A stretch of DNA of 64,000 nucleotides from an uncultured delta proteobacterium (GTDB lineage: Bacteria > Desulfobacterota > Desulfobacteria > Desulfobacterales > QNYZ01). The stretch is taken from the NCBI GenBank assembly GCA_963845145.1, contig CAWJQU010000005.1, positions 640,001 to 704,000 of the forward strand. Reading direction: 5' to 3'. The position numbers were made by a program, and so were the translations under genes. Shown piece by piece: positions 11,005 through 21,012 of the stretch. The notes below the pieces were generated by a model, which saw nothing but the letters and a program-made list of their open reading frames with translations, was not told the DNA's origin and did not search any database. Each line of letters starts with the position of its first letter. Within the stretch, counting starts at the first letter, position 1.

Positions 11005-11711
11005 TGGGTTTTCTCCGCAGATTGATCGGTCTCATAAATGCCGGCCCGGCACCCGACATCTTTAAGCCGGCTGAGGCTGTTCTGCCAGTTGGCCTGAATC
11101 GTGGCTTGGGCCCGTGCCGTATCACCCGATTCTAATTCGGCTAAAATGCGCTCGTGTTCATCCAGGGAATATTTTGAACAGGCCGACCCCTCAAAATAGG
11201 TTACCTCCACCCGCCGGCACTTAATTTTCAGATCCCGAAGAATGTCGATGATGTGGGGGTTACAAGCCCGCTCAATGAATACGTCATGAAACTGGATATC
11301 AGCCCTGGCCGCTTTCACCGGATCGCCTTCGCCGAGCGCCTTTTCCAAGGCCAGGTTGGCCTGCTTCATTGCCGTAAAATCGCTTTGGGCCATATGGGCA
11401 ATCGCTTCTGAAACAGCCAGTTGTTCCAGGTTCCAGATGATGGGATAGATCATTTCCGGCTCTTTTACCGAAATTTCCGAAACCCGAGTCCACCGATTGG
11501 CCGACGATACCACCAGCCCCTTGTCTTCCAGGCGACGTAGCGCTTCCCGCACCGGCGTACGGCTCACGCCCATATTATCCGCCAGCTCCTTATCTAATAG
11601 TTTTTCGCCCGGACGCAGCTTACCCTTCATGATCCAGGAAAGAAGGGTATTGTACACCTCTTCCCGCATGAAGGACCGGTTAAACGGTTTGGTATTGGCA
11701 GGGATAGGCAT
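11001..11711 (-). CDS. GntR/FCD transcriptional regulator
   Basis: [17 protein letters not shown] plus FCD domain; ATGA overlap with ygeY. Confidence 0.93.
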   Translation of the reverse strand: MPIPANTKPFNRSFMREEVYNTLLSWIMKGKLRPGEKLLDKELADNMGVSRTPVREALRRLEDKGLVVSSANRWTRVSEISVKEPEMIYPIIWNLEQLAVSEAIAHMAQSDFTAMKQANLALEKALGEGDPVKAARADIQFHDVFIERACNPHIIDILRDLKIKCRRVEVTYFEGSACSKYSLDEHERILAELESGDTARAQATIQANWQNSLSRLKDVGCRAGIYETDQSAEKTQ

Positions 11712-11790
11712 GTTGGGGTTTCACACCTCTTATTATACGTTACAGACCTGTTGCCGGCGCCAAACGCCCGACACCCAGGTCCCCTCAAAA

Positions 11791-11844
11791 CTCAACGAAC
11801 TCAATGAACTCAATGAACTCAATGAACTCAATGAACTCAATGAA
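11791..11844. repeat. 9-bp tandem repeat (CTCAATGAA) x6
   Basis: ctcaacgaa followed by five exact ctcaatgaa units. Confidence 0.95.
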
Positions 11845-11848
11845 CCCT

Positions 11849-11890
11849 TAATATATTGGATGTGATATATTACCTAAGGGTGTATGTCAA
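11849..11890 (-). promoter_or_regulatory. Promoter with palindromic candidate operator for the gntR operon
   Basis: TTGACA at 11890-11885 (minus) and imperfect palindrome taatatat-tggatgtg-atatatta. Confidence 0.5.
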
Positions 11891-11898
11891 TCTAAAGA

Positions 11899-12132
11899 TC
11901 AGCCGCCCTCTAATGGAGGGAACACTGTCAGTTGGTCGCCATTTTTTAGTTCTTGATCGTTCGTGGCGGCCCGGCCATTAACCAGGATGACCTTGGCTGT
12001 AGATGTTGAAATGGAAAGACGCTCAAGGGCTTGGGCCACTGTCGTACCCGGAGAAAGCGCCAACCCGAAAGGCTTTTCGCCGTCGGGAGCCTTCTCCTTG
12101 AAGGTCAACAATAGCCTTATTTCAACTCGCAT
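11899..12132 (-). CDS. MoaD/ThiS sulfur-carrier protein
   Basis: Beta-grasp size, C-terminal PPLEGG. Confidence 0.92.
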   Translation of the reverse strand: MRVEIRLLLTFKEKAPDGEKPFGLALSPGTTVAQALERLSISTSTAKVILVNGRAATNDQELKNGDQLTVFPPLEGG

Positions 12133-12148
12133 ATTGGATTTCTATAAT

Positions 12149-13984
12149 TTAGTCCAAGCCCAGTTCTTTAAGTTTTTCCAACGTTGGTATTCCGTTTTCA
12201 TCCCAACCCCGGAGAAGATAATATTCGGTAAGCATTTCCTCCAGATGGCAAACCATACCCTTGGCGGGCCCTTCCGGTGCAGCTTCGGAAACGATACGCG
12301 GCGGTAGGGAATCTTGATCCCGGCTGAAGCCTGCCCTGTTCAAGAATATCCGTTCCGCATTGGCAATACGCTCTCCAGCCAAGCACAGCTCGTCGAGGGA
12401 ATAGTCAAGCCCCGTGGCCGCGTTTAATAAGTCTTTTATGCCTTCCGGTTTGATACTTTCATCCGGTTGTACGTAATTACGCACGGAGAAAAACACGCAA
12501 ACCCCGGCTGAATCGATGACACAGAAACAATCTTGCCAGTCTTTGATGATCGCCGGCTTGTCGTGGTAGGTCAAGGGGTCAATCGATTTGGGAACCCCCA
12601 ATAGTTCAATATAAGCAGGATCGCCCCGCATGTGAGAAGCCCCTATGGGACTGGTGGCATAGGCCAGCCCCATGCCCTGTTCGCCACGAGGGTCGTATCC
12701 GGCGAATTCCTGCCCCTTGGACACCATGGCCAGTTCCGGATGCCCGTAGTGCGTTGCTAGTCGCAGGGAGCCCTGAGAAAGAAGCTGTCCGAAGCCCTCT
12801 TTTCTTCCCGTCCGCCAGGTCAATTCCACCAGAGCCTCAGCATCGCCAAATGCCAAATCCCTTCCCAATCCGACGTCCATAGTGGGGATAATCCCCTTCT
12901 CGCACATCTCCATGGCGCAGGCAATCGTGGCGCCCATCGTGATGGTATCCAACCCGAGCTCGTTACACAGATAATTGGCTTTAGTGATTGCGGCCAGATT
13001 GTCGACGCCACAATTACTACCAAAGGCATAGATGGTTTCATACTCAGGCCCTTCACCTTCCCCGGCAAAAGGGCCGTCTGGCACTTTGGTTCCACGCCCA
13101 CAGGCAATCGGGCAGGCATGACAGGCTTTGGCCTTTGTGAGGAATTTTTCTGTCAATGCCCGACCGTCAATCTTCTCCCAGCCCTCGAACTGGCCGGTTT
13201 GAAAGTTGCGCGTGGGAAACACCCCGAAGTTCTGGGTCCCCACTGCGGTAATGGCGGTGCCCCACTCCCGCAGTGGCACCGGACCGCCTTCAAAGGATTT
13301 TTTAAAGCCGTTGATGAAACCGGTCACAAGGGTTTTGAAACATTCCGGGTCAGCCAACGCCACCTCGCCCGTTCCCCTTACAGCTACTGCTTTCAGATTT
13401 TTTGCGCCCATCACCGCGCCCACGCCTGATCGCCCCGCCGCCCGATGCCTGTCGTTCATTATCGAGGCGAAAAGCACTCCGGCTTCTCCTGCCGGGCCGA
13501 TCACCGCTGTTCTGGCCGCCGGGTCCGTTTCTGCTCGAATGGCTTCGTCCGTCTCCTGTACTTTTTTGCCCCATAAGTGCTCGGCGCTTCTCAGCTCGGC
13601 CATGCCGTTTTCCGCCCACAGGTAAACCGGCCGGACCGCTTTGCCCTTGAAAACAATGGCATCCCAACCGGCCTTTTTGAGCGCCGCCGGGAAATGCCCC
13701 CCGGAGTTTGAACAGGTAACAGCACCGGTTAGCGGTGACTTGGTCATCACCATGTAGCGGGCGCCAGTCGGGGCAGCTGTACCGGTCAGAGGGCCAGTGG
13801 CCATAATCATGTGGTTATCCGGACTCAAGGGATCTACGTTGGGGTCCACATTGTCAAGCAAAAGACGGATGCCCAGGCCCCGACCACCGATGTAGTTGCG
13901 GGCCACATGGGGATCTAAGGGGCGTTCTTCAATTTTTTCAGTGGTCAGATCCACCCACAAAATCTTGCCACACCATCCAAACAT
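12149..13984 (-). CDS. aor: Aldehyde ferredoxin oxidoreductase (tungsten AOR family)
   Basis: TKSPLTG, AAGRSGVGAVMGAKNLKA, CHACPIAC, EGPEYET, DSAGVC. Confidence 0.93.
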   Translation of the reverse strand: MFGWCGKILWVDLTTEKIEERPLDPHVARNYIGGRGLGIRLLLDNVDPNVDPLSPDNHMIMATGPLTGTAAPTGARYMVMTKSPLTGAVTCSNSGGHFPAALKKAGWDAIVFKGKAVRPVYLWAENGMAELRSAEHLWGKKVQETDEAIRAETDPAARTAVIGPAGEAGVLFASIMNDRHRAAGRSGVGAVMGAKNLKAVAVRGTGEVALADPECFKTLVTGFINGFKKSFEGGPVPLREWGTAITAVGTQNFGVFPTRNFQTGQFEGWEKIDGRALTEKFLTKAKACHACPIACGRGTKVPDGPFAGEGEGPEYETIYAFGSNCGVDNLAAITKANYLCNELGLDTITMGATIACAMEMCEKGIIPTMDVGLGRDLAFGDAEALVELTWRTGRKEGFGQLLSQGSLRLATHYGHPELAMVSKGQEFAGYDPRGEQGMGLAYATSPIGASHMRGDPAYIELLGVPKSIDPLTYHDKPAIIKDWQDCFCVIDSAGVCVFFSVRNYVQPDESIKPEGIKDLLNAATGLDYSLDELCLAGERIANAERIFLNRAGFSRDQDSLPPRIVSEAAPEGPAKGMVCHLEEMLTEYYLLRGWDENGIPTLEKLKELGLD

Positions 13985-14147
13985 TTGCTGACAACTCCTT
14001 TCTTTTTACGAGCCCATTGCTGTCGATTATGGAATAATCATTGACAACATAGGTTTTATAGGCAAGTATTAAACGCTTACGGTGCCTGCACTAAGGATGC
14101 CGCAAGATCCTTATAGAACACTGGTTGTTCCTATCCATGGAGGGGAT

Positions 14148-14903
14148 ATGGGCTCAGGTTACATACTGGAAACGCAAAACCTGACCAAAGACTTCAAGGG
14201 CTTTGTTGCGGTCGACGGTGTGGACCTTAAGGTGCGAGAGGGAACCATCCACGCCCTTATCGGCCCCAACGGAGCCGGCAAAACCACGGTTTTCAATCTT
14301 CTCACCAAGTTTCTCCAACCATCAAACGGCAAAATCTATTTTAAGGGCGAGGATATAACGGCTGCCAAGCCTGCCGCATTGGCAGTACGTGGACTCGTCC
14401 GTTCGTTTCAGATCTCAGCTGTTTTCCCTCATCTGACCGTGCTCGAAAACGTTCGCGTCGCCCTCCAGCGAAAAGTCGGGACCTCATTCCATTTCTGGAA
14501 ATCAGATTCTACCCTCGACTGCTTAAATGGCAGGGTCATTGAGATACTTGATGATGTGGACCTTGTCGATTTCGCGGACCATATCGCTGTGGAGCTTCCA
14601 TACGGGAGAAAGCGGGCACTTGAACTGGCTACTACCTTTGCCCTTGAGCCTGAGGTCATGCTGCTTGATGAACCTACCTCCGGCATGGGCCACGAGGACG
14701 TCGGGATGGTCGTATCCCTCATACGCAGGCTCGCTGCAGAGCGCACGGTGCTGATGGTGGAACATAATCTCAAGGTTGTCGAAGACCTCTCGGACACGAT
14801 CACAGTGCTCCAACGAGGGCAGATTCTTGCGGAAGGTTCCTACGATGAGGTTTCAAACAACCCCCATGTTCTTGAAGCTTACGTGGGGGGGACCCATGTC
14901 TAG
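14148..14903 (+). CDS. livG: Liv-type ABC transporter ATP-binding protein (LivG-like)
   Basis: GPNGAGKT, LLDEPTSG, VEHN. Confidence 0.9.
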   Translation: MGSGYILETQNLTKDFKGFVAVDGVDLKVREGTIHALIGPNGAGKTTVFNLLTKFLQPSNGKIYFKGEDITAAKPAALAVRGLVRSFQISAVFPHLTVLENVRVALQRKVGTSFHFWKSDSTLDCLNGRVIEILDDVDLVDFADHIAVELPYGRKRALELATTFALEPEVMLLDEPTSGMGHEDVGMVVSLIRRLAAERTVLMVEHNLKVVEDLSDTITVLQRGQILAEGSYDEVSNNPHVLEAYVGGTHV

Positions 14904-15610
14904 CAACCGCCCAGAGTTCCTTAGGGTTACTGATTTACATGCCTTTTATGGAGAGTCTCATATTCTCCACGGTGTTGATTTCGATGTAGAACAGGGTGAG
15001 CTAGTTACCCTGCTGGGTCGCAACGGCTCGGGCCGTACCACAACACTAAAGGCCATCCTCGGCCTTGTGGGTAAGCGCTCGGGTTCCATTATGGTGAACG
15101 GCCATGAGGCGATCAACCTTGCGCCGCACAAGATCGCACGGCTGGGGATCGGTTTTTGCCCGGAAGATCGGGGTATTTTTTCAAGCCTCTCCGCTGAAGA
15201 AAACCTGATGCTTCCGCCTGTTTTTCATAGCGGCGGATTAAGTACTGAAGAGATTTACGAGATGTTTCCGAACCTATACGAGCGCCGCCGTACCCCAGGC
15301 GCGCGGCTTTCCGGAGGCGAGCAGCAAATGCTTGCCCTTTCGCGCATCCTTCGCACCGGAGCACGTCTGCTGCTGCTTGATGAAATAACCGAGGGGCTCG
15401 CCCCGGTTATCGTCAAGGCCATGGGAGAGGCACTCAGATCCCTGAAGGAAAGAGGCTTTACCATCATACTCGTTGAATTGAATCTTCCAATTCGCCGCGC
15501 ATTTGGCAAGTCGGCACTATGTGCTGGAGCACGGCCGGGTGGTTGAGATGATCCATGAAGAGGAGCTTGAAACAAAAATGGGTAAGCTCCGTGAACATTT
15601 AGGAGTCTAA
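14896..15610 (+). CDS. livF: Liv-type ABC transporter ATP-binding protein (LivF-like), frameshift near 15485
   Basis: GRNGSGRTT, LSGGEQQML, LLLDE; C-terminus HYVLEHGRVVE...EHLGV in the adjacent frame. Confidence 0.88.
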
Positions 15611-15642
15611 CCTGCAACCGCTAAGGAAAAAGGAGGTTTGGT

Positions 15643-16863
15643 ATGGCAAAGCAACGATTATTGACTGTGGCATGTGGTATTCTCATCTCAGTTATGCTTG
15701 GCGCGTCCGCCGTCTCAGCACAGATTTCGGATGGGATCGTGAAGATTGGGGTTTTGAACGACATGTCCGGTACTTACTCCGATCTCGCGGGGCCGGGATC
15801 AGTGATTGCCGCCAAGATGGCGGCTGAGGATTTTGGCGGCAAGGTGATGGGCATGCCGATAGAAGTCATCTCGGCCGACCATCAGAACAAAGCTGACATA
15901 GCCGCCAACAAAGCACGCGAGTGGTTCGACACTCAAAAGGTGGATGTAATCGTCGATCTGCCGACGTCTTCGTGCGCTCTGGCCGTCATGGAGGTTGCCA
16001 ACCAGAAAAACAAGGTGACTCTGGTTTCCACCGGCGCCTCCACCAGAATGACAAACAAAAACTGCAATGCGACGAACGTGCATTGGACCTATGACACCTA
16101 CGCTCTTGCGGTCGGCACCGGCAGGGCGGTCGTCGCCAACGGAGGTGATAGCTGGTTTTTTCTAACCGCCGACTATGCCTTTGGCCACTCCCTTGAAGAG
16201 GATACGGCCGATGTAATAACCGCGAGCGGCGGAAAGGTGCTCGGCAAGGTTCGCCACCCCTTCCCCAACGCCGATTTCTCATCGTTCCTGTTGCAAGCCC
16301 AAAGCTCAGGGGCCAAAATTATTGGCCTGGCCAACGCGGGTGCAGACACTACCAACGCCATCAAACAGGCCAAAGAGTTCGGAATCACTCCGAACCAAAC
16401 CTTGGCCGGCTTGCTGGTTTTCGTGACCGACATCCGCAGCCTCGGTCTGGAAACCGCAGGGGGCATGATGCTCACGACAGGCTTTTACTGGGATCGTAAC
16501 GACGACACCCGTGCCTGGTCTGAGCGTTTCAAAAAACGCCATGGCAACTTCCCCACCATGGGTCAGGCCGGGGTTTACGCCTCTTTGATGCACTACTTCA
16601 AGGCGATCGAGAAGGCTAAAACCGATGAGGCATTGGCCACTGTAAACATGATGAAAGAGCTGCCGGTAAATGTTCCGATGTTTGCCACCAACGGCAAAGT
16701 CCGCGCCGATGGCCGCATGGTTCACGACATGTACCTGGCGCAGGTGAAAACTCCGGATGAGTCCAAGGGCGAGTGGGATTACTACAAGATCATCCGCACT
16801 ATCCCGGGCGACGAGGCTTACATCCCCCTTGAAAAGAGCACCTGCTCGTTGGTTAAGAAATAG
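15643..16863 (+). CDS. Liv-type ABC substrate-binding protein
   Basis: Signal peptide, KIGVLNDMSG, ADHQNKAD, FLTADYAFGHSLE, RADGRMVHDMYL. Confidence 0.92.
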   Translation: MAKQRLLTVACGILISVMLGASAVSAQISDGIVKIGVLNDMSGTYSDLAGPGSVIAAKMAAEDFGGKVMGMPIEVISADHQNKADIAANKAREWFDTQKVDVIVDLPTSSCALAVMEVANQKNKVTLVSTGASTRMTNKNCNATNVHWTYDTYALAVGTGRAVVANGGDSWFFLTADYAFGHSLEEDTADVITASGGKVLGKVRHPFPNADFSSFLLQAQSSGAKIIGLANAGADTTNAIKQAKEFGITPNQTLAGLLVFVTDIRSLGLETAGGMMLTTGFYWDRNDDTRAWSERFKKRHGNFPTMGQAGVYASLMHYFKAIEKAKTDEALATVNMMKELPVNVPMFATNGKVRADGRMVHDMYLAQVKTPDESKGEWDYYKIIRTIPGDEAYIPLEKSTCSLVKK

Positions 16864-16896
16864 AATGATTCAAACGACGACGAGGGGAAATAAGCC

Positions 16897-17785
16897 ATGA
16901 CGATGGTTTTCGGAATCCCGATCCAGGCGTTTTTGGGCCAGCTGTTATTAGGGCTCATAAACGGCGCGTTTTACGCCATACTGAGTTTAGGGTTGGCTAT
17001 AATTTTCGGCCTTTTGAATATCATCAATTTCACACACGGCGCTCAGTACATGCTGGGGGCGTTCGCGGCCTGGATGGGCCTGAACTACCTCGGCGTAAAC
17101 TATTGGGTCGCGCTCTTTTTGGCCCCCCTTGTCGTCGGCGCTTTTGGAATATTGCTCGAAAGAGCCTTCATCAGGCGTCTCTATGGCCTTGACCATCTAT
17201 ACGGGTTGTTGCTGACTTTCGGCCTGGCACTGATGCTCGAAGGTGCGTTCAGGCAGATGTATGGTATTTCGGGGCTTTCCTATCCCGTCCCCGAAAATAC
17301 TCCAAGGCGGAACCAACCTGGGCTTTATGTTCTTGCCCTATTACCGCGCCTGGGTTGTCGTGGCCTCGCTCACCGTCTGCTTCGCGACTTGGTACGTGAT
17401 AGAACGCACCAAGCTTGGAGCCTACCTGCGCGCGGCCACCGAGAAGCCCGAACTGCTTCAGGCCTTCGGCGTCAATGTTCCGCTCCTGATCACATTGACA
17501 TACGGCTATGGAGTTGCTCTGGCCGCATTCGCAGGGGTCCTTGCGGCACCAATCTACCAGGTGGCCCCTAACATAGGGGCCAACCTTATCATTGTCGTCT
17601 TCGCCGTGGTTGTCATCGGGGGGTTGGGATCGATTCTCGGATCGATTCTGACCGGCTTAGGCCTTGGGCTAGTCGAGGGGCTGACCAAGGTTTTCTATCC
17701 CGAGGCGTCGTCCATTGTGGTCTTTATCATAATGGCTATCGTGCTGCTTACTCGGCCCGCCGGGCTTTTCGGACGTGAACAATGA
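16897..17785 (+). CDS. livH: Liv-type ABC permease (LivH-like), frameshift near 17295
   Basis: GLAIIFGLLNIINFTHG, RTKLGAYLRA, VVVIGGLGS, RPAGLFG. Confidence 0.88.
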
Positions 17786-18807
17786 GGGGCATTGAAACTG
17801 AGAAAAGCAAACTTTTGGGTGTGATCGCCTTTGTTGTGGTGACCCTGTTAGCCCCTTACGTCCTATACCCTGTATTCCTGATGAAAGTGATGTGCTTTGG
17901 GTTGTTCGCTTGCGCTTTCAATCTGCTGCTTGGCTACTTGGGCCTTCTTTCCTTTGGCCATGCCGCGTTTCTGGGCTCGGCGAGCTATATAACCGCCTAT
18001 TCAGTTCAAACACTGGGGCTTACACCGGGATTGGGGATTTTGGCCGGCACTGCCTCGGCTGCCTTTCTGGGACTGGTGATCGGCTGGCTTGCTATCAGGC
18101 GGTCGGGTATCTATTTCGCCATGATCACCCTAGGGCTCGCCCAGGTGGTCTACTTTTTAAGCCTCCAGCTCAATTTCACCGGAGGTGAGGATGGCATACA
18201 GGGCGTCCCTCGAGGGATGCTCTTTGGGGTCGTGGATCTGACCTCGACCATGAACATGTATTATTTCGTGCTGGCAATCTTCCTCTTCGGATTGTGGGTA
18301 CTCAATCGGGCTATAAATTCCCCATTCGGCCAGATACTCAAATCCATTCGAGAGAATGAACCCCGGGCAATCTCGTTGGGCTATAATGTCAACCGATACA
18401 AACTGTTGGCTTTCGTGATCTCGGCCGCCTTGAGTGGCTTGGCAGGATCGACCAAGTCCCTGGTCTTTCAACTTGCCTCGCTTACCGATGTCCACTGGCA
18501 TATGTCTGGTGAAGTGGTCCTGATGACACTGCTGGGGGGGATGGGAACGGTATTCGGGCCGGTGGTCGGTGCGCTGCTGGTGATTACCCTAAACAATTAT
18601 CTGGCAGGATTCGGTTCATGGGTGACCGTCATCACCGGCGGCATCTTTGTCGTCTGCGTTTTATCATTTCGCAGGGGGATCGTCGGGGAAATTCTTGCAC
18701 TCAAGCGATTTCCGAATCGACAACACAACGTAATAAGCTTCTCAGCATCGTCATTACCTGTATATTTCCTCACCGAATGGGCAAGACCCGTTCCAGTTCT
18801 CGACTAG
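17782..18807 (+). CDS. livM: Liv-type ABC permease (LivM-like)
   Basis: GLLSFGHAAF, YFAMITL, IRENEPRAISLG, LLGGMGT. Confidence 0.9.
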   Translation: MRGIETEKSKLLGVIAFVVVTLLAPYVLYPVFLMKVMCFGLFACAFNLLLGYLGLLSFGHAAFLGSASYITAYSVQTLGLTPGLGILAGTASAAFLGLVIGWLAIRRSGIYFAMITLGLAQVVYFLSLQLNFTGGEDGIQGVPRGMLFGVVDLTSTMNMYYFVLAIFLFGLWVLNRAINSPFGQILKSIRENEPRAISLGYNVNRYKLLAFVISAALSGLAGSTKSLVFQLASLTDVHWHMSGEVVLMTLLGGMGTVFGPVVGALLVITLNNYLAGFGSWVTVITGGIFVVCVLSFRRGIVGEILALKRFPNRQHNVISFSASSLPVYFLTEWARPVPVLD

Positions 18808-18878
18808 AGCGTTAGGCCAATACTCTTCTCAAACCGCTCTATTCCCATACTCGGAAAATAAGATCGCGGGATATTCGG
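18700..18878 (-). pseudogene. Degraded LysR-type HTH fragment
   Basis: Own translation: NIPRS...SMGIERFEKSIGLTL*SRTGTG then PFGEEIYR in a shifted frame, resembling the LysR N-terminal wHTH. Confidence 0.4.
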
Positions 18879-18880
18879 TA

Positions 18881-19020
18881 CAAGGTATCTCAAAAAAAAT
18901 CTAAGCGCCCCTGGCGGCGTTGCAAAACGGCTCAAAATGCTCACATACTATGTGTATGCTCCGCTTTTTCACCGTTTCGCGCCTTGCCAAGAACACTAAC
19001 ATTTATTTTGAGATACCTTG
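18881..19020. mobile_element. 140-bp MITE-like element with 15-bp terminal inverted repeats, TA-flanked
   Basis: TA|caaggtatctcaaaa ... ttttgagataccttg|TA with internal hairpins. Confidence 0.75.
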
Positions 19021-19051
19021 TAGATCCATCGCTTTATTTCTCCGCCCTGCG

Positions 19052-19078
19052 TGTAACCTTTCTCTGCTCGTATCTGTC
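19052..19078 (+). promoter_or_regulatory. ECF-type promoter (TGTAAC-17 bp-TGTC)
   Basis: tgtaac ctttctctgctcgtatc tgtc upstream of the pentapeptide-CMD-ECF genes. Confidence 0.55.
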
Positions 19079-19132
19079 TTAAGTGTGTAATTGACAAAAA
19101 AAAGACGGGAGCTGATAGGTTTTTTTACCAGA

Positions 19133-19912
19133 ATGGAAAACAAGATTGGAGCAAAGATCGTGAGTGAAAACAGAATCGAAAAATCTGAATTAAAGGCTAT
19201 TCTTGAGTGCCATCAGAAGTGGCTGGATACTGAGGGAAGACAGGGGGCAAGGGCCGATTTGAGCGGCCGCAATCTTTGCCAACACAATCTTCAACAGGCC
19301 AACCTCGAAAGAGCGAATCTCGAAGGAACAAATTTGAAAAAGACGAACCTTCGAACGGCGAATTTTAAAGAGGCGAACCTCCGGTCAGCAAAAATTGGGA
19401 ATTCGGACCTGCAATGGGCCATTTTTCGGGGTGCAGACCTTAGGGGTGCCTGCCTCGAAGGGTCCGGGCTGCAATATGCGGATTTTTCCAGATCAGACCT
19501 CAGCCACGCAAAGATGACCCATTCCTTTCTCCACAATGCGTATTTTTTTAAAACGCTGTTAAAGGCGGCCGATCTTCAAAGCGCCAGCTTTAGATTTACG
19601 GAGATGAATGATGCCGGGCTAAGTGGCGCGAATCTGTCCAAGGCGGTCATCGCTAAAACAGAGATGATTGGGGCTGATTTATCTGAAGCTGATCTTTCAA
19701 ATACCCAAATCACCATGTCGGATTTTGAGAGAGCGATATTACGCAACACCCGCTTCAATCACGCAACCTTACTGAACACCAGTTTTCATATGGCAGACCT
19801 AAGGGGATCGGACTTTAGCAACTCAAAAGCGGAATCGGTCGAATTTAATGGGGCAAAATTATCCAATGAGAATCGAAGCGCTGCAAGGAATGGAGGATGT
19901 TTAAATGGATAA
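19133..19912 (+). CDS. Pentapeptide repeat protein
   Basis: HQKWL...GARADLS start and many A(D/N)LxX repeats; start codon uncertain. Confidence 0.92.
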   Translation: MENKIGAKIVSENRIEKSELKAILECHQKWLDTEGRQGARADLSGRNLCQHNLQQANLERANLEGTNLKKTNLRTANFKEANLRSAKIGNSDLQWAIFRGADLRGACLEGSGLQYADFSRSDLSHAKMTHSFLHNAYFFKTLLKAADLQSASFRFTEMNDAGLSGANLSKAVIAKTEMIGADLSEADLSNTQITMSDFERAILRNTRFNHATLLNTSFHMADLRGSDFSNSKAESVEFNGAKLSNENRSAARNGGCLNG

Positions 19913-20162
19913 ACATACAGAAATTTTTATTGCCCTTGGGGCTGCTGCAGCTGCGAACTGCGGCCCTTGTTTTGAACACTATTTCTCTAAAGCCGAAAAA
20001 TTAGGAATCGACAAAGAGGATGTCCGAAAAACGGTTAATATTGCCGTCAAGGTTCGCGGCGGCGCACATATGGTAATGAAAGACGCAATCCAGAAAATTT
20101 TAAAAAGTAACTCGCCACAGAATGAATCCTGTTGCAACGGTTCTTCGTCATGTTGTGACTAA
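19905..20162 (+). CDS. Carboxymuconolactone decarboxylase/AhpD-like protein with Cys-rich tail
   Basis: IALGAAAAANCGPCFEHY; C-terminal SCCNGSSSCCD. Confidence 0.85.
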   Translation: MDKHTEIFIALGAAAAANCGPCFEHYFSKAEKLGIDKEDVRKTVNIAVKVRGGAHMVMKDAIQKILKSNSPQNESCCNGSSSCCD

Positions 20163-20283
20163 CCATCGTATGTTGCGCACAATATTGCGATGGCACAATA
20201 TTGCAATGGTTCGATGGGTTCATTCGATTTGATATTGTCCCGTTTGATATCGTACTGTGGATAGGTTAGAGAGTGATTAGCCT

Positions 20284-20925
20284 ATGGATCATCGGACGCG
20301 TCGCACCTTATCCTCAAGGCAAGGAGACAAAAAAGCAGAAATGGAACTGCTGAAGATACATGACCTCTATTACGATCGTGTAAAGATATTTATCACACGA
20401 CTCGTCAAAGACGAATGCTTAGCCGAGGACCTGATCCAGGACACCTTCATCCGCATCCAGAAAAACATCGATTCAGTGAGGGAGCCGTCAAAGGTTTCAT
20501 CCTGGATATTTCGGATTGCCTATAATTTGTGTCAGGACCATTTCAAATCCCGGAAAAACAACAATCATGATTTTGTTAGACCGGAAAATACGCCAAGTCC
20601 ATTTATTGAAATATCACCCCAGAAAAAACTCGAACAGTTTCAGATGGGCGCCTGCGTCCAGGAGCAGATAGATCTTCTCCCCGAAAAACAAAGAATTGTT
20701 CTCATCCTTTATGACCTTTTTGATTTCAAGCACACCGATATTGCCGATATTTTAGGTATCACACGGGAGAATGCCAAAGTCAGGCTTCACCGGGCGAGAA
20801 AAAGTCTCAAATCGATTCTTAAAGAGAGGTGTACCTTCGAACGAGATGATAGAAATGTATTGGTATGTGAGCCTGTAGAATCAAATGGGGTCAAAAACCG
20901 ATTGCATGTGCGATCATCGTTATGA
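20284..20925 (+). CDS. ECF sigma factor with Cys-containing C-terminal extension
   Basis: AEDLIQDTF, SWIFRIAYN, VRLHRARK, tail RCTFERDDRNVLVCEP. Confidence 0.9.
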   Translation: MDHRTRRTLSSRQGDKKAEMELLKIHDLYYDRVKIFITRLVKDECLAEDLIQDTFIRIQKNIDSVREPSKVSSWIFRIAYNLCQDHFKSRKNNNHDFVRPENTPSPFIEISPQKKLEQFQMGACVQEQIDLLPEKQRIVLILYDLFDFKHTDIADILGITRENAKVRLHRARKSLKSILKERCTFERDDRNVLVCEPVESNGVKNRLHVRSSL

Positions 20926-21012
20926 AATCGTTGCGATAGGTTGGTCCGATAAGAAACAAATGGACTATATGAACCTGATAACCGCCCTTTTCGTGCCGGC
21001 AGGCTTTGTTAT

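Noticed and set aside
11791..11844. CRISPR array or ORF encoding LNE repeats
   Set aside because: Contiguous 9-bp units with no spacers and no cas genes; the overlapping ORF is antisense to gntR
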